NCBI GenBank assembly: GCA_964649235.1
Contig: CAZYOZ010000001.1
Coordinates: 9,102 to 73,101 of the forward strand
From: an uncultured Candidatus Bathyarchaeia archaeon
Lineage (GTDB): Archaea; Thermoproteota; Bathyarchaeia; 40CM-2-53-6
Reading direction: 5' to 3'
Length of the DNA stretch: 64,000 nucleotides
Part shown: positions 50,916-59,893 of the stretch, piece after piece
Numbering within the stretch: position 1 is the first letter of the stretch
Layout: every line of letters starts with the position of its first letter
The notes under the pieces: generated by a model
Told to the model about the DNA's origin: nothing
The model's input: only the letters and a program-made list of their open reading frames with translations
The model's database searches: none
Translations under genes and position numbers: made by a program

Positions 50916-51371
50916 TTACTTGGATTTCCGTTCCTTGTTCACTTGCTCATACGTGACACCGAGCTTCCCATGGAAAACTGACTGGTAGTCACCGATATTC
51001 GTCGGAGGCCTAGAGAGCCGTTGAGGGCTCCAGACAAGCAATTCCCGATCGTATTCAGCCAACTCATAGTCGGGTGTATAGTCCAATGCTCCTGTGGGAC
51101 AATAGTCGGTGCAGAAATGGCAAAAGCAACATCGAGCGTACCAGTATTGTGGGAAGCGCTTCTCCGGGTTTTGCGGATACTCTTTCGCATCTGTGACCGG
51201 AACCATGGTTATGCATCGTTCGGGACAGATCCAGGCGCAGATGCCGCAACCCGTGCACTTTTCCATATAGAGGAGGTGTCGTCCGCGGAAGCCTTTCGGC
51301 AACATGACTCTCTGGTACGGGTACTTCATTGTGAAAGTGCGTTTGAAGATGTGTTTGATTCCTTCATACAT
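50916..51371 (-). CDS. nuoI: Complex I-like subunit I (2x[4Fe-4S])
   Basis: FRGRH, CTGCGICAWICP, CCFCHFCTDYCP. Confidence 0.92.
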   Translation of the reverse strand: MYEGIKHIFKRTFTMKYPYQRVMLPKGFRGRHLLYMEKCTGCGICAWICPERCITMVPVTDAKEYPQNPEKRFPQYWYARCCFCHFCTDYCPTGALDYTPDYELAEYDRELLVWSPQRLSRPPTNIGDYQSVFHGKLGVTYEQVNKERKSK

Positions 51372-51401
51372 TGCCTGAAGTACCGTGCTTCTTCCCTCCG
51401 C

Positions 51402-52550
51402 CTAACGGTCGGCTTCCACGGGCCAGTAGTCCAAGCTGCCGTAGATGATTGGCATGTCAGCCACGTGGACGTTTCGAATCAAGAATGGTAGGGCTGCGAG
51501 GTTTCTGAAGGATCCGTTCATGATCTTGACGCGGTAGGGCTTATCGCTGTTGTCCCCCATGACCATGACCGTGTATTCGCCTCTGGATGATTCAACTCTC
51601 CCTGCTGCTTCGCCCTCGGGCGCAACAAGCGGAGCTTTGCGTGCTATCGGGCCCTTCGGTATCTTCTGGAGGCACTGCCTGAGAATCTTGACGCTCTGCT
51701 TCATCTCCTCAAATCTGACCAAGAACCGTGCATATGAGTCGCCTTCTTCAAATGTCGGGATCTCAAAATCAACGTCCCCGTACGCTCCGTAAGGTTCCAC
51801 CTTTCGAACATCGTACTTGACCCCAGAACCTCGCAAAACTGGCCCAGCGACGCCCAGCTCCATCGCCTCTTCGCGCGTAAGAACGCCTATCCCCTTGGCT
51901 CTTGAAACAACGAGTGGATTGCTGAAGAAGATGTGGTCATATTCAACCAGCCGATTCTCAAAGTAGTCAAGTAGCTTTGAGAGCTTGTCTTCAAAACCGA
52001 ATGGTAGGTCTCGCCTAGGGCCTCCAGGAGGTAGAAATGAGTACGTTAGTCGGGCTCCCGTGAGCATTTCGGCGAGTTCTATGAAGAGGTCTCGGTCACC
52101 GAAGGCCCACATGAAGATGGTTGTATGTCCTGAGAAGACACCGGCGTTTATTGCGAGCCAGTATAGGTGGCTCATTATGCGGTTCATTTCAGCCGCTATG
52201 GTCGAGATGTATTGGCCTCGGGGTGGCACGACCACGCCTTGGAGCTCCTCTACGGGAAGAACGTAGGCCCAGTTTAGGTGAATTGCATCTATGATGCATG
52301 GCCTTTCTAGATGTGGAATGTTGCTCACGTAGTTCCTGTACTCGGCGATTTTTTCGCAGCCTCGGTGGACGTACCCAATATCTGGATCCACGCTCACAAT
52401 ATAGTCGCCATCAACACGGATGAGCATTCGAAAGTGGCCTGAACCAGGGTGCTGCGGGCCGACTGAAACGTCGAGTGTGGACGGTTCCTGTGTCTTGGTG
52501 ATTGTGATCGGCGGTGCCGGAGGCTTCATCTGGGTAGTTTCTGTTGTCAT
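51402..52550 (-). CDS. nuoD: Complex I-like subunit D
   Basis: GPQHP, GYVHRG.EK, RGSG...DVRK, ESSRGE, ends ADR; no complete NiFe CxxC motifs; ATG 52550 overlaps the nuoC stop. Confidence 0.92.
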   Translation of the reverse strand: MTTETTQMKPPAPPITITKTQEPSTLDVSVGPQHPGSGHFRMLIRVDGDYIVSVDPDIGYVHRGCEKIAEYRNYVSNIPHLERPCIIDAIHLNWAYVLPVEELQGVVVPPRGQYISTIAAEMNRIMSHLYWLAINAGVFSGHTTIFMWAFGDRDLFIELAEMLTGARLTYSFLPPGGPRRDLPFGFEDKLSKLLDYFENRLVEYDHIFFSNPLVVSRAKGIGVLTREEAMELGVAGPVLRGSGVKYDVRKVEPYGAYGDVDFEIPTFEEGDSYARFLVRFEEMKQSVKILRQCLQKIPKGPIARKAPLVAPEGEAAGRVESSRGEYTVMVMGDNSDKPYRVKIMNGSFRNLAALPFLIRNVHVADMPIIYGSLDYWPVEADR

Positions 52551-53041
52551 CGTTGGCCCATCTCTGGAAACTTGATGTCCTTCAGCATGGGCGGTGGCCC
52601 TTCCCAGTTGTCTAGAGTGAGCAGCTTTCGCAGGTCGGGGTGGCCTTCGAATTTCACACCGAACATTTCGAAGGTTTCCCGCTCGTGGAAATGAGAGCTG
52701 GGCCACACCGAAACAGCGGAAGCAATAGTGGCATCTTCGCGTGGTAGCTCTGCCTTAAGGATCACGATTAGATCTTGGATTTCGGGTTTGGAATATGAGC
52801 CCGCGAAGTACAGAACTTCAATTTTCCTATGCGTTGGGTGATCTATGCCTGCCACACCTTTCACATGGTCGAAGCCGAGTTCGTCGTGCATGAATTTCGC
52901 AATTTCCAGCAGGTGGTTTTTCTCGAAGTGGATTGTCACCCTATGTGGGCGGTCCACTTTGGCTACCATGATCGCGTCAGGGAAACGAGCCTTCAGTTGA
53001 CTGATTGTTTCTTCTTCTTTTGAAGGCGTGGCTTGGTTCAC
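52547..53041 (-). CDS. nuoC: Complex I-like subunit C
   Basis: ERETFEMFGVKFEGHPDLRKLL, P.LKD. Confidence 0.92.
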   Translation of the reverse strand: MNQATPSKEEETISQLKARFPDAIMVAKVDRPHRVTIHFEKNHLLEIAKFMHDELGFDHVKGVAGIDHPTHRKIEVLYFAGSYSKPEIQDLIVILKAELPREDATIASAVSVWPSSHFHERETFEMFGVKFEGHPDLRKLLTLDNWEGPPPMLKDIKFPEMGQR

Positions 53042-53559
53042 TAGGCGAATACCTCTTCCCTGCGAATCTTCTCACGTAGCTTGACTATGGCACTAAGAAG
53101 CGCTTCCGGACGAGGAGGGCATCCAGGAACGTACACATCAACCGGGAAAAGCTTGTGTACATCATTCACAATGCTATACGAGTCGTGAAACAGTCCGCCC
53201 GAGCAGGCACAGTCTCCCATCGCGATAACATACCGCGGCCTAGCCATCTGCTCGTAAACAATTTTGAGGCGCTTTGCCATCTTCTTCGTGACCGTTCCTT
53301 CAACGATCAGAAGGTCGCACTGCCTGAGACCGCCGGCCACGGCCTGAAGCCCAAACCTCTCGGGGTCGAGCCGTGGCCCCATCATTGCTCCGAACTCGGC
53401 GCTGCAGCAGGCAGTAGTAATGTGAACGGGCCAGAGAGCATACATCCTACTCCAGTTGACTAAGTACCTGACTGGTCCTGAACCTGTTATTGTTTTGACA
53501 ACTTCACTCAGCTTGCCGATCCAGGCGCCTGCAAAGTCCATGAGTGTTTCTTGGCTCAT
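53041..53559 (-). CDS. nuoB: Complex I-like subunit B
   Basis: TACCSAE, AMGDCACSGG, DVYVPGCPPRPE. Confidence 0.93.
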   Translation of the reverse strand: MSQETLMDFAGAWIGKLSEVVKTITGSGPVRYLVNWSRMYALWPVHITTACCSAEFGAMMGPRLDPERFGLQAVAGGLRQCDLLIVEGTVTKKMAKRLKIVYEQMARPRYVIAMGDCACSGGLFHDSYSIVNDVHKLFPVDVYVPGCPPRPEALLSAIVKLREKIRREEVFA

Positions 53560-53683
53560 CGGATTTCCTCATCCATGGTCAGAGGGAAGTCGGGAAAACG
53601 GCTCGGCCTTCGTACAAAAAGTTTCTCTGGCGCGAGTCCAACGTGTTGCATCAAAGACAGACATGCATTCTGATCCCTTAGCC

Positions 53684-54160
53684 TCAGCGAACATTGGCGT
53701 GAGATGAAAGTTCCTTCAGGACTTCAAGCACTTCTTCAGTATGCCTGGCGACATCAACTTTCGGGAAGATCTTCACGATCTTTCCTTTCTTGTCTATGAT
53801 GAATGTCGCTCGCCTAGTTGAGTTCCCCTTATCGCCGAGGACGCCGTATGCTGTTGCGATCCTTCTCTCCTCGTCGCTAATCAAAGGGAAGCTTAGGCGG
53901 TACTTCTCGGCGAATCTCCTGTGAGAAGCTGCGCTGTCAAGACTGACACCCACGATTTCAGTGTCTGTGCTTCGCACCGTTTCTAGGTTGTCTCTGAAGC
54001 TGCAGGCTTCCTTTGTGCAGCCGGGGGTATCGTCTTTTGGGTAGAAGTACAGAACTACGTTCTTTTTTCCAAGAAAGTCTTTCAGGCCCAAGGTCTTCCC
54101 ATTCGATGTTGGGCCTTCGAAGTCTGGGGCTGGGTCTCCAACTTTTGATGTAATTTCCAA
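53684..54160 (-). CDS. bcp: Peroxiredoxin Bcp/PrxQ (second paralogue)
   Basis: [20 protein letters not shown]. Confidence 0.93.
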   Translation of the reverse strand: MEITSKVGDPAPDFEGPTSNGKTLGLKDFLGKKNVVLYFYPKDDTPGCTKEACSFRDNLETVRSTDTEIVGVSLDSAASHRRFAEKYRLSFPLISDEERRIATAYGVLGDKGNSTRRATFIIDKKGKIVKIFPKVDVARHTEEVLEVLKELSSHANVR

Positions 54161-54181
54161 GATTAGGTCCAGCGTGACAGA

Positions 54182-54565
54182 CTATTGCTCGCAGATGTGG
54201 CAGGAATCTACGTCGATTCCCGGCTCTAGCCGCTTGTGTAGGTCGCACATGTATCGGTTCCTTCGAACGTACTCGCAGGCGGTCTCGATCTTGCTCATGA
54301 CCTCAAGGGGGGGCACTTTCTTTGAGGAAACCATTGCAGCAATTTCTCTGGTTGCTTTCTCGATTTCTCTGATTCCACCAAGCTTTATCGCCGCGCCACG
54401 TTTCTCATGCAGATACTTGCTTACGGCTGGTTGGGTGACTCCCAGAAGTTTTGCGGCTCGCTGTTGTGTCATTCCATGTTCTTCTACGAGCCTCTTGACA
54501 ATCAGCGCCCTTATGGCGGGTATAACCGATTTCGCTGCTAGTTCCTCAGGGAGTATCATGGGCAT
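54182..54565 (-). CDS. XRE-type HTH regulator with Cys/His-rich C-terminus (COG2522-like); candidate SUF regulator
   Basis: IPAIRALIV, TQQRAAKLLGVTQPAVSKYL HTH, C-terminal C-x9-CxxH-x11-CxxC. Confidence 0.85.
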   Translation of the reverse strand: MPMILPEELAAKSVIPAIRALIVKRLVEEHGMTQQRAAKLLGVTQPAVSKYLHEKRGAAIKLGGIREIEKATREIAAMVSSKKVPPLEVMSKIETACEYVRRNRYMCDLHKRLEPGIDVDSCHICEQ

Positions 54566-54586
54566 TGTTGATTTCCATCGCAAAAT

Positions 54587-54605
54587 ATGACGCAGGTTAT
54601 ATAAA
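54587..54605 (-). promoter_or_regulatory. Regulator promoter: TTTATATA overlapping an ATAAC-N4-GTCAT box
   Basis: Plus strand reads ATGACGCAGGTTATATAAA. Confidence 0.7.
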
Positions 54606-54627
54606 CGTGCTACGCTACTGCCGCAGA

Positions 54628-56133
54628 CTACAGTCTTTCCTGCGCTTCTGTCGGCAAGAGTATGTCATGGGGTCTAGCTTCTTCAACCCCTGAAGGACTG
54701 AGCGCGGCGAGTCGGGCTTTTTCCCATAGTTCCCTTATGTCTGCGGCACCGGCGTACCCCATAGAGGCTCGGAGACCTGACACTAGTTCCTCAAGAACAA
54801 TGCTCACTTCACCCTTGTATGGGACCCAGCCTTCAACACCTTCGGGCACGCCTTTGGCTGGCAAGCTGTAACGGTCAAGAGAATACCTCTTGGCACGTGC
54901 GGTTGGGCTACCCATTCCGCGGTACTGCTTGTAGTATCGTCCGCCGATTGTGATCAGCGTTCCCGGAGATTCTCTGCACCGAGCAAAGAGGTTCCCAATC
55001 ATGACTGCTGAAGCGCCGGCGGCCAGAGCGATCGCAACATCGCCAGGCGTCCTGATTCCTCCGTCTGCTATCACCGGAATGTCCGCGCCATATTTTGCAA
55101 CGGCCTCTGAAACTTGAGCCGTGGCATAAAGGGTTGGGGATCCAGCTTTGGTTACTTCAGTCGTCGTGCAGATCGAGCCCGATCCGATTCCGACCCTGAA
55201 ACCACTTGCCCCCTCGAGTTCCACTATGGTGTCCTCTGCCGCCTGGTAAGTGCCAATGTTGCCAACGATAACTTCTGCCGTAACCTCCTGCATGAGTTTC
55301 TTTGCGGCTTTGAAGACGTTGGCGTTGTGGAAGTGCGCAACGTCGGTAACGATGATGTCTACATACTCGTCAAGTTTCTTTGCGCGGTCCAAGTCAAATG
55401 GTGAGACGGCCGCGGCTGTAAGCAACTGCCCATTCTCATCCCTTGCTGCATTCGGGTATTTCCCTCGAAGCAAAATGTCCTTGAAGGTAATCAAGCCCGA
55501 GAGCTCTCCGGATTCGTTCACGATGGGCAATTTCTCGATTTTGTGGTCGCGAAGCAGGCGCTGCGCCTCTTCTATCGTTATGCCTTCTTCGGCTTTCACA
55601 ACGTTCTTTGTCATGACTTCTTGGACCAGAAGGCTTGGCTGAGCGAAGCGCACATCGCGTCCCGTCACGATGCCGACAAGTTTCGGGCCTTCCACCACCG
55701 GGAGGCCTGAAATACTATGTTTCTCCATCAGTGCAAGTGCCTGACCGACAGTATCACTTGGTGAAACGGTGATCACGTCACGTATTACAAGCGCCTCAGC
55801 CCGCTTCACGCGTTTGGCCATCTCAACTTGCTCTTCCACCGAGCAATTACGGTGTAAGACGCCTAAACCTCCGTATCTAGCGAGGGCAATCGCCATCTCG
55901 CTCTCAGTAACGGTATCCATAGGTGAAGAGACGAACGGGATGTTCAGGCGGTCCCTCTTGGTCACCCTTGTTCGGACGTCCACTTCAGTCGGCTCTACCT
56001 CAGCGCGCCCGGGCACCAGAACAACATCTCTAAACGTTATTGCAACCTGTATGTCCTTCAACTTATCGAGAAATGAGCCCCTTATTTTCTCTTCGACCTT
56101 CAATGCTAGGACCTGCTTCTTTGCTGGGAGCAT
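54628..56133 (-). CDS. guaB: IMP dehydrogenase with CBS domains
   Basis: [38 protein letters not shown]. Confidence 0.96.
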   Translation of the reverse strand: MLPAKKQVLALKVEEKIRGSFLDKLKDIQVAITFRDVVLVPGRAEVEPTEVDVRTRVTKRDRLNIPFVSSPMDTVTESEMAIALARYGGLGVLHRNCSVEEQVEMAKRVKRAEALVIRDVITVSPSDTVGQALALMEKHSISGLPVVEGPKLVGIVTGRDVRFAQPSLLVQEVMTKNVVKAEEGITIEEAQRLLRDHKIEKLPIVNESGELSGLITFKDILLRGKYPNAARDENGQLLTAAAVSPFDLDRAKKLDEYVDIIVTDVAHFHNANVFKAAKKLMQEVTAEVIVGNIGTYQAAEDTIVELEGASGFRVGIGSGSICTTTEVTKAGSPTLYATAQVSEAVAKYGADIPVIADGGIRTPGDVAIALAAGASAVMIGNLFARCRESPGTLITIGGRYYKQYRGMGSPTARAKRYSLDRYSLPAKGVPEGVEGWVPYKGEVSIVLEELVSGLRASMGYAGAADIRELWEKARLAALSPSGVEEARPHDILLPTEAQERL

Positions 56134-56175
56134 AGGCCTACTTGGAATTTAAGCTCTAGTTCAAGGACTGGTTCC

Positions 56176-56922
56176 TCAGAACTCAATTGATGTTAAGTCC
56201 TGCCCAACGACCACATCTTTTCTATATTCTTCCTTCGCTTCAGCACGGAAGTCATGATCTCTTTCCTCGTTGGGCGGCGGAATGTGAAACAATACAAGTC
56301 GCTTTGCTCCACTCTCTTTCCCCGCTCGGCCTGCCATTCGGGCCGTGGAATGATAGGTTAATTCCGCGATCTCCTCTTGGTCCTGAAGGAATGTCGCCTC
56401 GTGAAGCAGGAGGTCCACACCGCTGGCGAGCTTGACAACGGCTGGACAGAAGATTGTGTCAGCCGTGTAGCAGAATGACTTGTTGTCGGGCGAGCTCACC
56501 CTGAACGCCAGGGTCGGAATCGAATGGAACGTCCTACATGTTGTGATGTTCTCTATGCTCTCGCCGAAGTCAACCTCAGCAACCGTCAATGGGAACTTGA
56601 AGAAATCAGCGGGAGTGCTGGTGCACTCAAGAAGCCTATGAAAAGTATTCTTGAAATTAGGAGGGCCGTATATCTCCAGCGGTTGCTTTCGTCCGTCGAT
56701 TTGGATCGCCCACAGAAATGGTACTAGGTCTGAGATGTGATCTGCGTGTGTGTGAGAAATGAAGACCCTCGACACCCTGTCGAATGTTATGCCAGACGCT
56801 CTGAGGTTCTTGAGTGCGCCGGGCCCAAGGTCGAATATTCGAGAATTGTCGAGTACGAAGCATGGGCACGCTCGCTTTTTCCCCACGGCCGAACCACCCG
56901 AGCCTGCGATCGTGAGCTTCAT
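56176..56922 (-). CDS. Metallo-beta-lactamase fold hydrolase, RNase Z-like
   Basis: SHTHADH, ADT, HEATF, HST, LFH. Confidence 0.85.
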   Translation of the reverse strand: MKLTIAGSGGSAVGKKRACPCFVLDNSRIFDLGPGALKNLRASGITFDRVSRVFISHTHADHISDLVPFLWAIQIDGRKQPLEIYGPPNFKNTFHRLLECTSTPADFFKFPLTVAEVDFGESIENITTCRTFHSIPTLAFRVSSPDNKSFCYTADTIFCPAVVKLASGVDLLLHEATFLQDQEEIAELTYHSTARMAGRAGKESGAKRLVLFHIPPPNEERDHDFRAEAKEEYRKDVVVGQDLTSIEF

Positions 56923-57062
56923 GTCCGTCAGGTTCCTTCGAGTCCTCTAGACTTGGGATTTCGAAAGAGGTTTGTGGTCGCTCGAGGAAGTGCGATAAGC
57001 ACATATAGCGCAAATCGAAGGTTCGAGTCCTCCGAAGTAGGTATTCGGTAACGTGAATGTGC

Positions 57063-57500
57063 ATGAGTCAGGGCAAGAGTGGTCTGCTAGCAGCTAGGAA
57101 GGCTAGGAAGGACCGTGGCCGTTTCAGGTGGCATTACCGGCCTTTCAAGCGTCGGATGCTTGGGCTGGACTACAAGGCCGACCCGTTGCAGGGCGCTCCC
57201 CAAGGGCGGGGGATCGTCCTTGAGAAGGTAGGTGTTGAATCTCGGCAACCTAACAGCGCCGTTCGAAAGGCTGTTCGGATCCAGCTGATTAGGAACGGTA
57301 AGGTTGTGACGGCCTTTGTGCCAGGTGACGGTGCGCTAAACTTCATTGACGAACACGACGAGGTTCTGATAGAAGGTATTGGAGGCGCCGAAGGGAAGGC
57401 GATGGGAGACATTCCCGGAATTCGCTACAAAGTCTACGCGATAAACTCTGTATCCCTCGATGCCCTCATGAAGGGCAAGAAGGAGAAGCCAAGGCGCTAG
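57063..57500 (+). CDS. rps12: 30S ribosomal protein S12 (uS12)
   Basis: [31 protein letters not shown]. Confidence 0.97.
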   Translation: MSQGKSGLLAARKARKDRGRFRWHYRPFKRRMLGLDYKADPLQGAPQGRGIVLEKVGVESRQPNSAVRKAVRIQLIRNGKVVTAFVPGDGALNFIDEHDEVLIEGIGGAEGKAMGDIPGIRYKVYAINSVSLDALMKGKKEKPRR

Positions 57501-57520
57501 AATATCCTACCAGCCTTTGC

Positions 57521-58552
57521 CTACTTTCCGACTCGGCTTTTCAGTAAGACCATCGTTAACGAAACCATAGCGGCTCCCAGCGACAAGAAGCTGAGGACTG
57601 TTCCCACGGTTCCAGCCACAAGAAGGTCAGCCTGCCCAACTACCTCACCGAGGAATAGTACGAATAGCCAGCAAATTCCAGCAACTGCGGAGAGCTTTGC
57701 GGTTCTGCGGAGCGGCCAGCCCGGGCGAACACAAATTTGCATGGCGGCTAGGACGGGTCCAAGATAGACAGCTCCTATGCCCAGTGAGGCTATGATTCCA
57801 GAGATCGTCGCTGCGAGTTCTGGCTCCATGGACATCAGTTCGAAGGATCCCTTCGCAGCAGAGAGGATAGCAATCAGTGGGTAGAGTAGAAGTCTCATCC
57901 CAGCTCTCACAGGCTCATGCCTGCTTGTGAAGGCGGCGACCTGAGGGCTGAAGCTGTAGTAGAAGGAATTGAAAGCCAGCATGAACCGCGAGCCCGCTGC
58001 CGTCTTTAGGACATCACGATCACGGAAGTCTCGGAGGAGGCTGACCTCAGGGGAGAGTTCTGAACCATACGTAGCTGTTGCAATGACGCATTTCGGGGAA
58101 GAGGGCGTTGTTGTAGTGCTGGCTTGCGAGATGACTGTGAAATGTGTCTGGCCCATTCCATTGGTGAACCCATTCTTGCTCGCAGTGACGAAGACGCCGT
58201 ACGAGCCCGTAGGTGCGGTTTCACTCAGGATGAAGAAATCAGAGTAAGAGCCAGATTGGTCTGAATAGACCAGCTGTATGTGGACAGCTTGGCTCTGGGG
58301 ATCGTTCACCTGTATAGAGACGCCAGCCCCAAGAACAGGATTGTTCTGGTTGTCTAGAACCTTCCCAGAGATCGAGACGTTTTCGCCGGGTGAATATTCA
58401 GCTTTGCTTGTGGACACGTTGACCGAAAGCGAGCTACCCGCAACCAACGGTAGAAGAAAGATGAGCAATATGAGAGACACGATGACGATCGCGTGACTCC
58501 GTTTCAGAATTGGCCAGCCCGCCTGCGAAGCCGCATAGAAAACAAGAGCCAC
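57521..58552 (-). CDS. Surface protein: Ig/MG2-like domain + CFI-box-CTERM domain + TM helices
   Basis: Signal-like helix, VSISGKV.D...VSIQVNDP, CVIATATYGSEL.PEV.LLR.FRD...F..FYYSFSP. Confidence 0.8.
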   Translation of the reverse strand: MALVFYAASQAGWPILKRSHAIVIVSLILLIFLLPLVAGSSLSVNVSTSKAEYSPGENVSISGKVLDNQNNPVLGAGVSIQVNDPQSQAVHIQLVYSDQSGSYSDFFILSETAPTGSYGVFVTASKNGFTNGMGQTHFTVISQASTTTTPSSPKCVIATATYGSELSPEVSLLRDFRDRDVLKTAAGSRFMLAFNSFYYSFSPQVAAFTSRHEPVRAGMRLLLYPLIAILSAAKGSFELMSMEPELAATISGIIASLGIGAVYLGPVLAAMQICVRPGWPLRRTAKLSAVAGICWLFVLFLGEVVGQADLLVAGTVGTVLSFLSLGAAMVSLTMVLLKSRVGK

Positions 58553-58640
58553 AAATTAACTTGTCCATGCAGAACTGCAATGTTCGTCGCCTACCTGAAA
58601 AGAAGACGACCCGTTATTCTCTAGCTTACAGCCTTTCGGA

Positions 58641-58751
58641 CTAAAGGTAGATTCTACAAAACACGCAGAACCATCTACCGTGCGACCACAGTGTGCAACC
58701 GCCACAGACTGGGCATTTCGGACAGTTTCGAAAGCGCCCTGCAGTGTACAC
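58641..58751 (-). CDS. Putative CPxCG zinc-finger micro-protein (36 aa)
   Basis: MYTAGRFRNCPKCPVCGGCTLWSHGRWFCVFCRIYL; AT-rich TATA-like box about 25 nt upstream of the GTG. Confidence 0.6.
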   Translation of the reverse strand: MYTAGRFRNCPKCPVCGGCTLWSHGRWFCVFCRIYL

Positions 58752-58840
58752 TTATGGGCCAACCCGTCCAGTATATCTTAAGCAACCTTACATCGGTCGG
58801 TCTCGGAGAAGAGTGTGTTCCCTCGGCACTAGAGGTTGCA

Positions 58841-59893
58841 TCATTCCAGCAGTTCGAGAAGCTTTGTATCAGCGAGTTCTCCGCTGGAACCGTTCACTAT
58901 GACCTCTGTTGGTACAAGGCCCTTCTGGACTAATACTCTGACAATTGGGATGTAGATGCGCTTCAGTTCAGTTATTTCAAGCCTGTTGCTGAGTATTTTC
59001 TTGAATCGGTCTGGCATATGAACCACCTGTTCGCGGAATCGTTCCAGCAAAGCTTCCTTAGAGACTCTTGACTCTTGGATCCTTGCTTTACTACCGCGAA
59101 CTTTTAGCTCTGCAGTATCGAAGATTCTCTTCGCGCGCCACGACGTTAACGTCGCTTCCTCATCGGGGCTCAGCATTCTTCCGCTGCCACTCATGACGAG
59201 CTGTGACTCAGATCTCTTCGTGGCCAGTTCGGTGGCTTCACTTATTACGAAGTACTTAGATTCCCGCGAGAGGAACGAGACGAACTTCTGGAATCGTTCA
59301 AGGATGGCTGTTGGGATGAATTTGCGGTGCTTCCGTTCCAGGATGAGGTCCCGACTGTGGCCCTCGACCTCCACTGCGACAACATCGTCTTTGACGTTGA
59401 CCTTGTAGGTTCCGGACCGGAGGTAGTAGCATTCATGGAATCCCTTCACCTTCCATATTGGAACGAAGTCGATTACCGGGGGTTCTACGACGCGAAGTTC
59501 TTCCTTGCGGCCTAGGAATGCGTCCCTGATTCGGTCTGTCAGCTTCTTCTTTGCGGAGGTGGCGATTTCAACGGCTCGTTTCATGGAGATCGGTTCGATT
59601 TTGAACGCTTGTTCGATGACTTTGGTCGTGTCCCAGCCGTTTCCTGTTCTTAGGTCCTTGAATTCCCTTTTCTCAGGAATCACTTCACCTATCTGTTCCA
59701 GCCTGCTTGCCAGATAGTCCTGCAATGCAAGGGTTCCGGGGTCTTCCTCTTCGTCTCTTCCTGCCTCATCTGCTTTGTTGAACTCGTCTGATTGCGATGC
59801 GCGGAGGGTTGCGTCCATTTCTTCCCTTATGTTGTTGAGGCTAGAGATGATGTCATCTAGCCTTCGGTCATTTGATTCTGACATGTCCTTCAT
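58841..59893 (-). CDS. Hypothetical soluble protein (350 aa)
   Basis: Long ORF with ATGA coupling to the upstream gene; acidic N-terminus, FVPIW and IYIP..VNG motifs. Confidence 0.75.
   Translation of the reverse strand: MKDMSESNDRRLDDIISSLNNIREEMDATLRASQSDEFNKADEAGRDEEEDPGTLALQDYLASRLEQIGEVIPEKREFKDLRTGNGWDTTKVIEQAFKIEPISMKRAVEIATSAKKKLTDRIRDAFLGRKEELRVVEPPVIDFVPIWKVKGFHECYYLRSGTYKVNVKDDVVAVEVEGHSRDLILERKHRKFIPTAILERFQKFVSFLSRESKYFVISEATELATKRSESQLVMSGSGRMLSPDEEATLTSWRAKRIFDTAELKVRGSKARIQESRVSKEALLERFREQVVHMPDRFKKILSNRLEITELKRIYIPIVRVLVQKGLVPTEVIVNGSSGELADTKLLELLE

Noticed and set aside
51402..52550. NuoD as a NiFe hydrogenase large subunit
   Set aside because: Lacks both CxxC metal-binding motifs
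57016..57036. tRNA T-arm-like GGTTCGAGTCC upstream of rps12; TTCGAGTCCTC also occurs at 56937-56947
   Set aside because: No acceptor, D or anticodon stems can be formed; only two short copies, so not a tRNA, att site or array
57235..57270. uS12 ESRQPNSA has Arg at the streptomycin-resistance Lys position
   Set aside because: As I recall, the same variant occurs in crenarchaeal S12; not unusual
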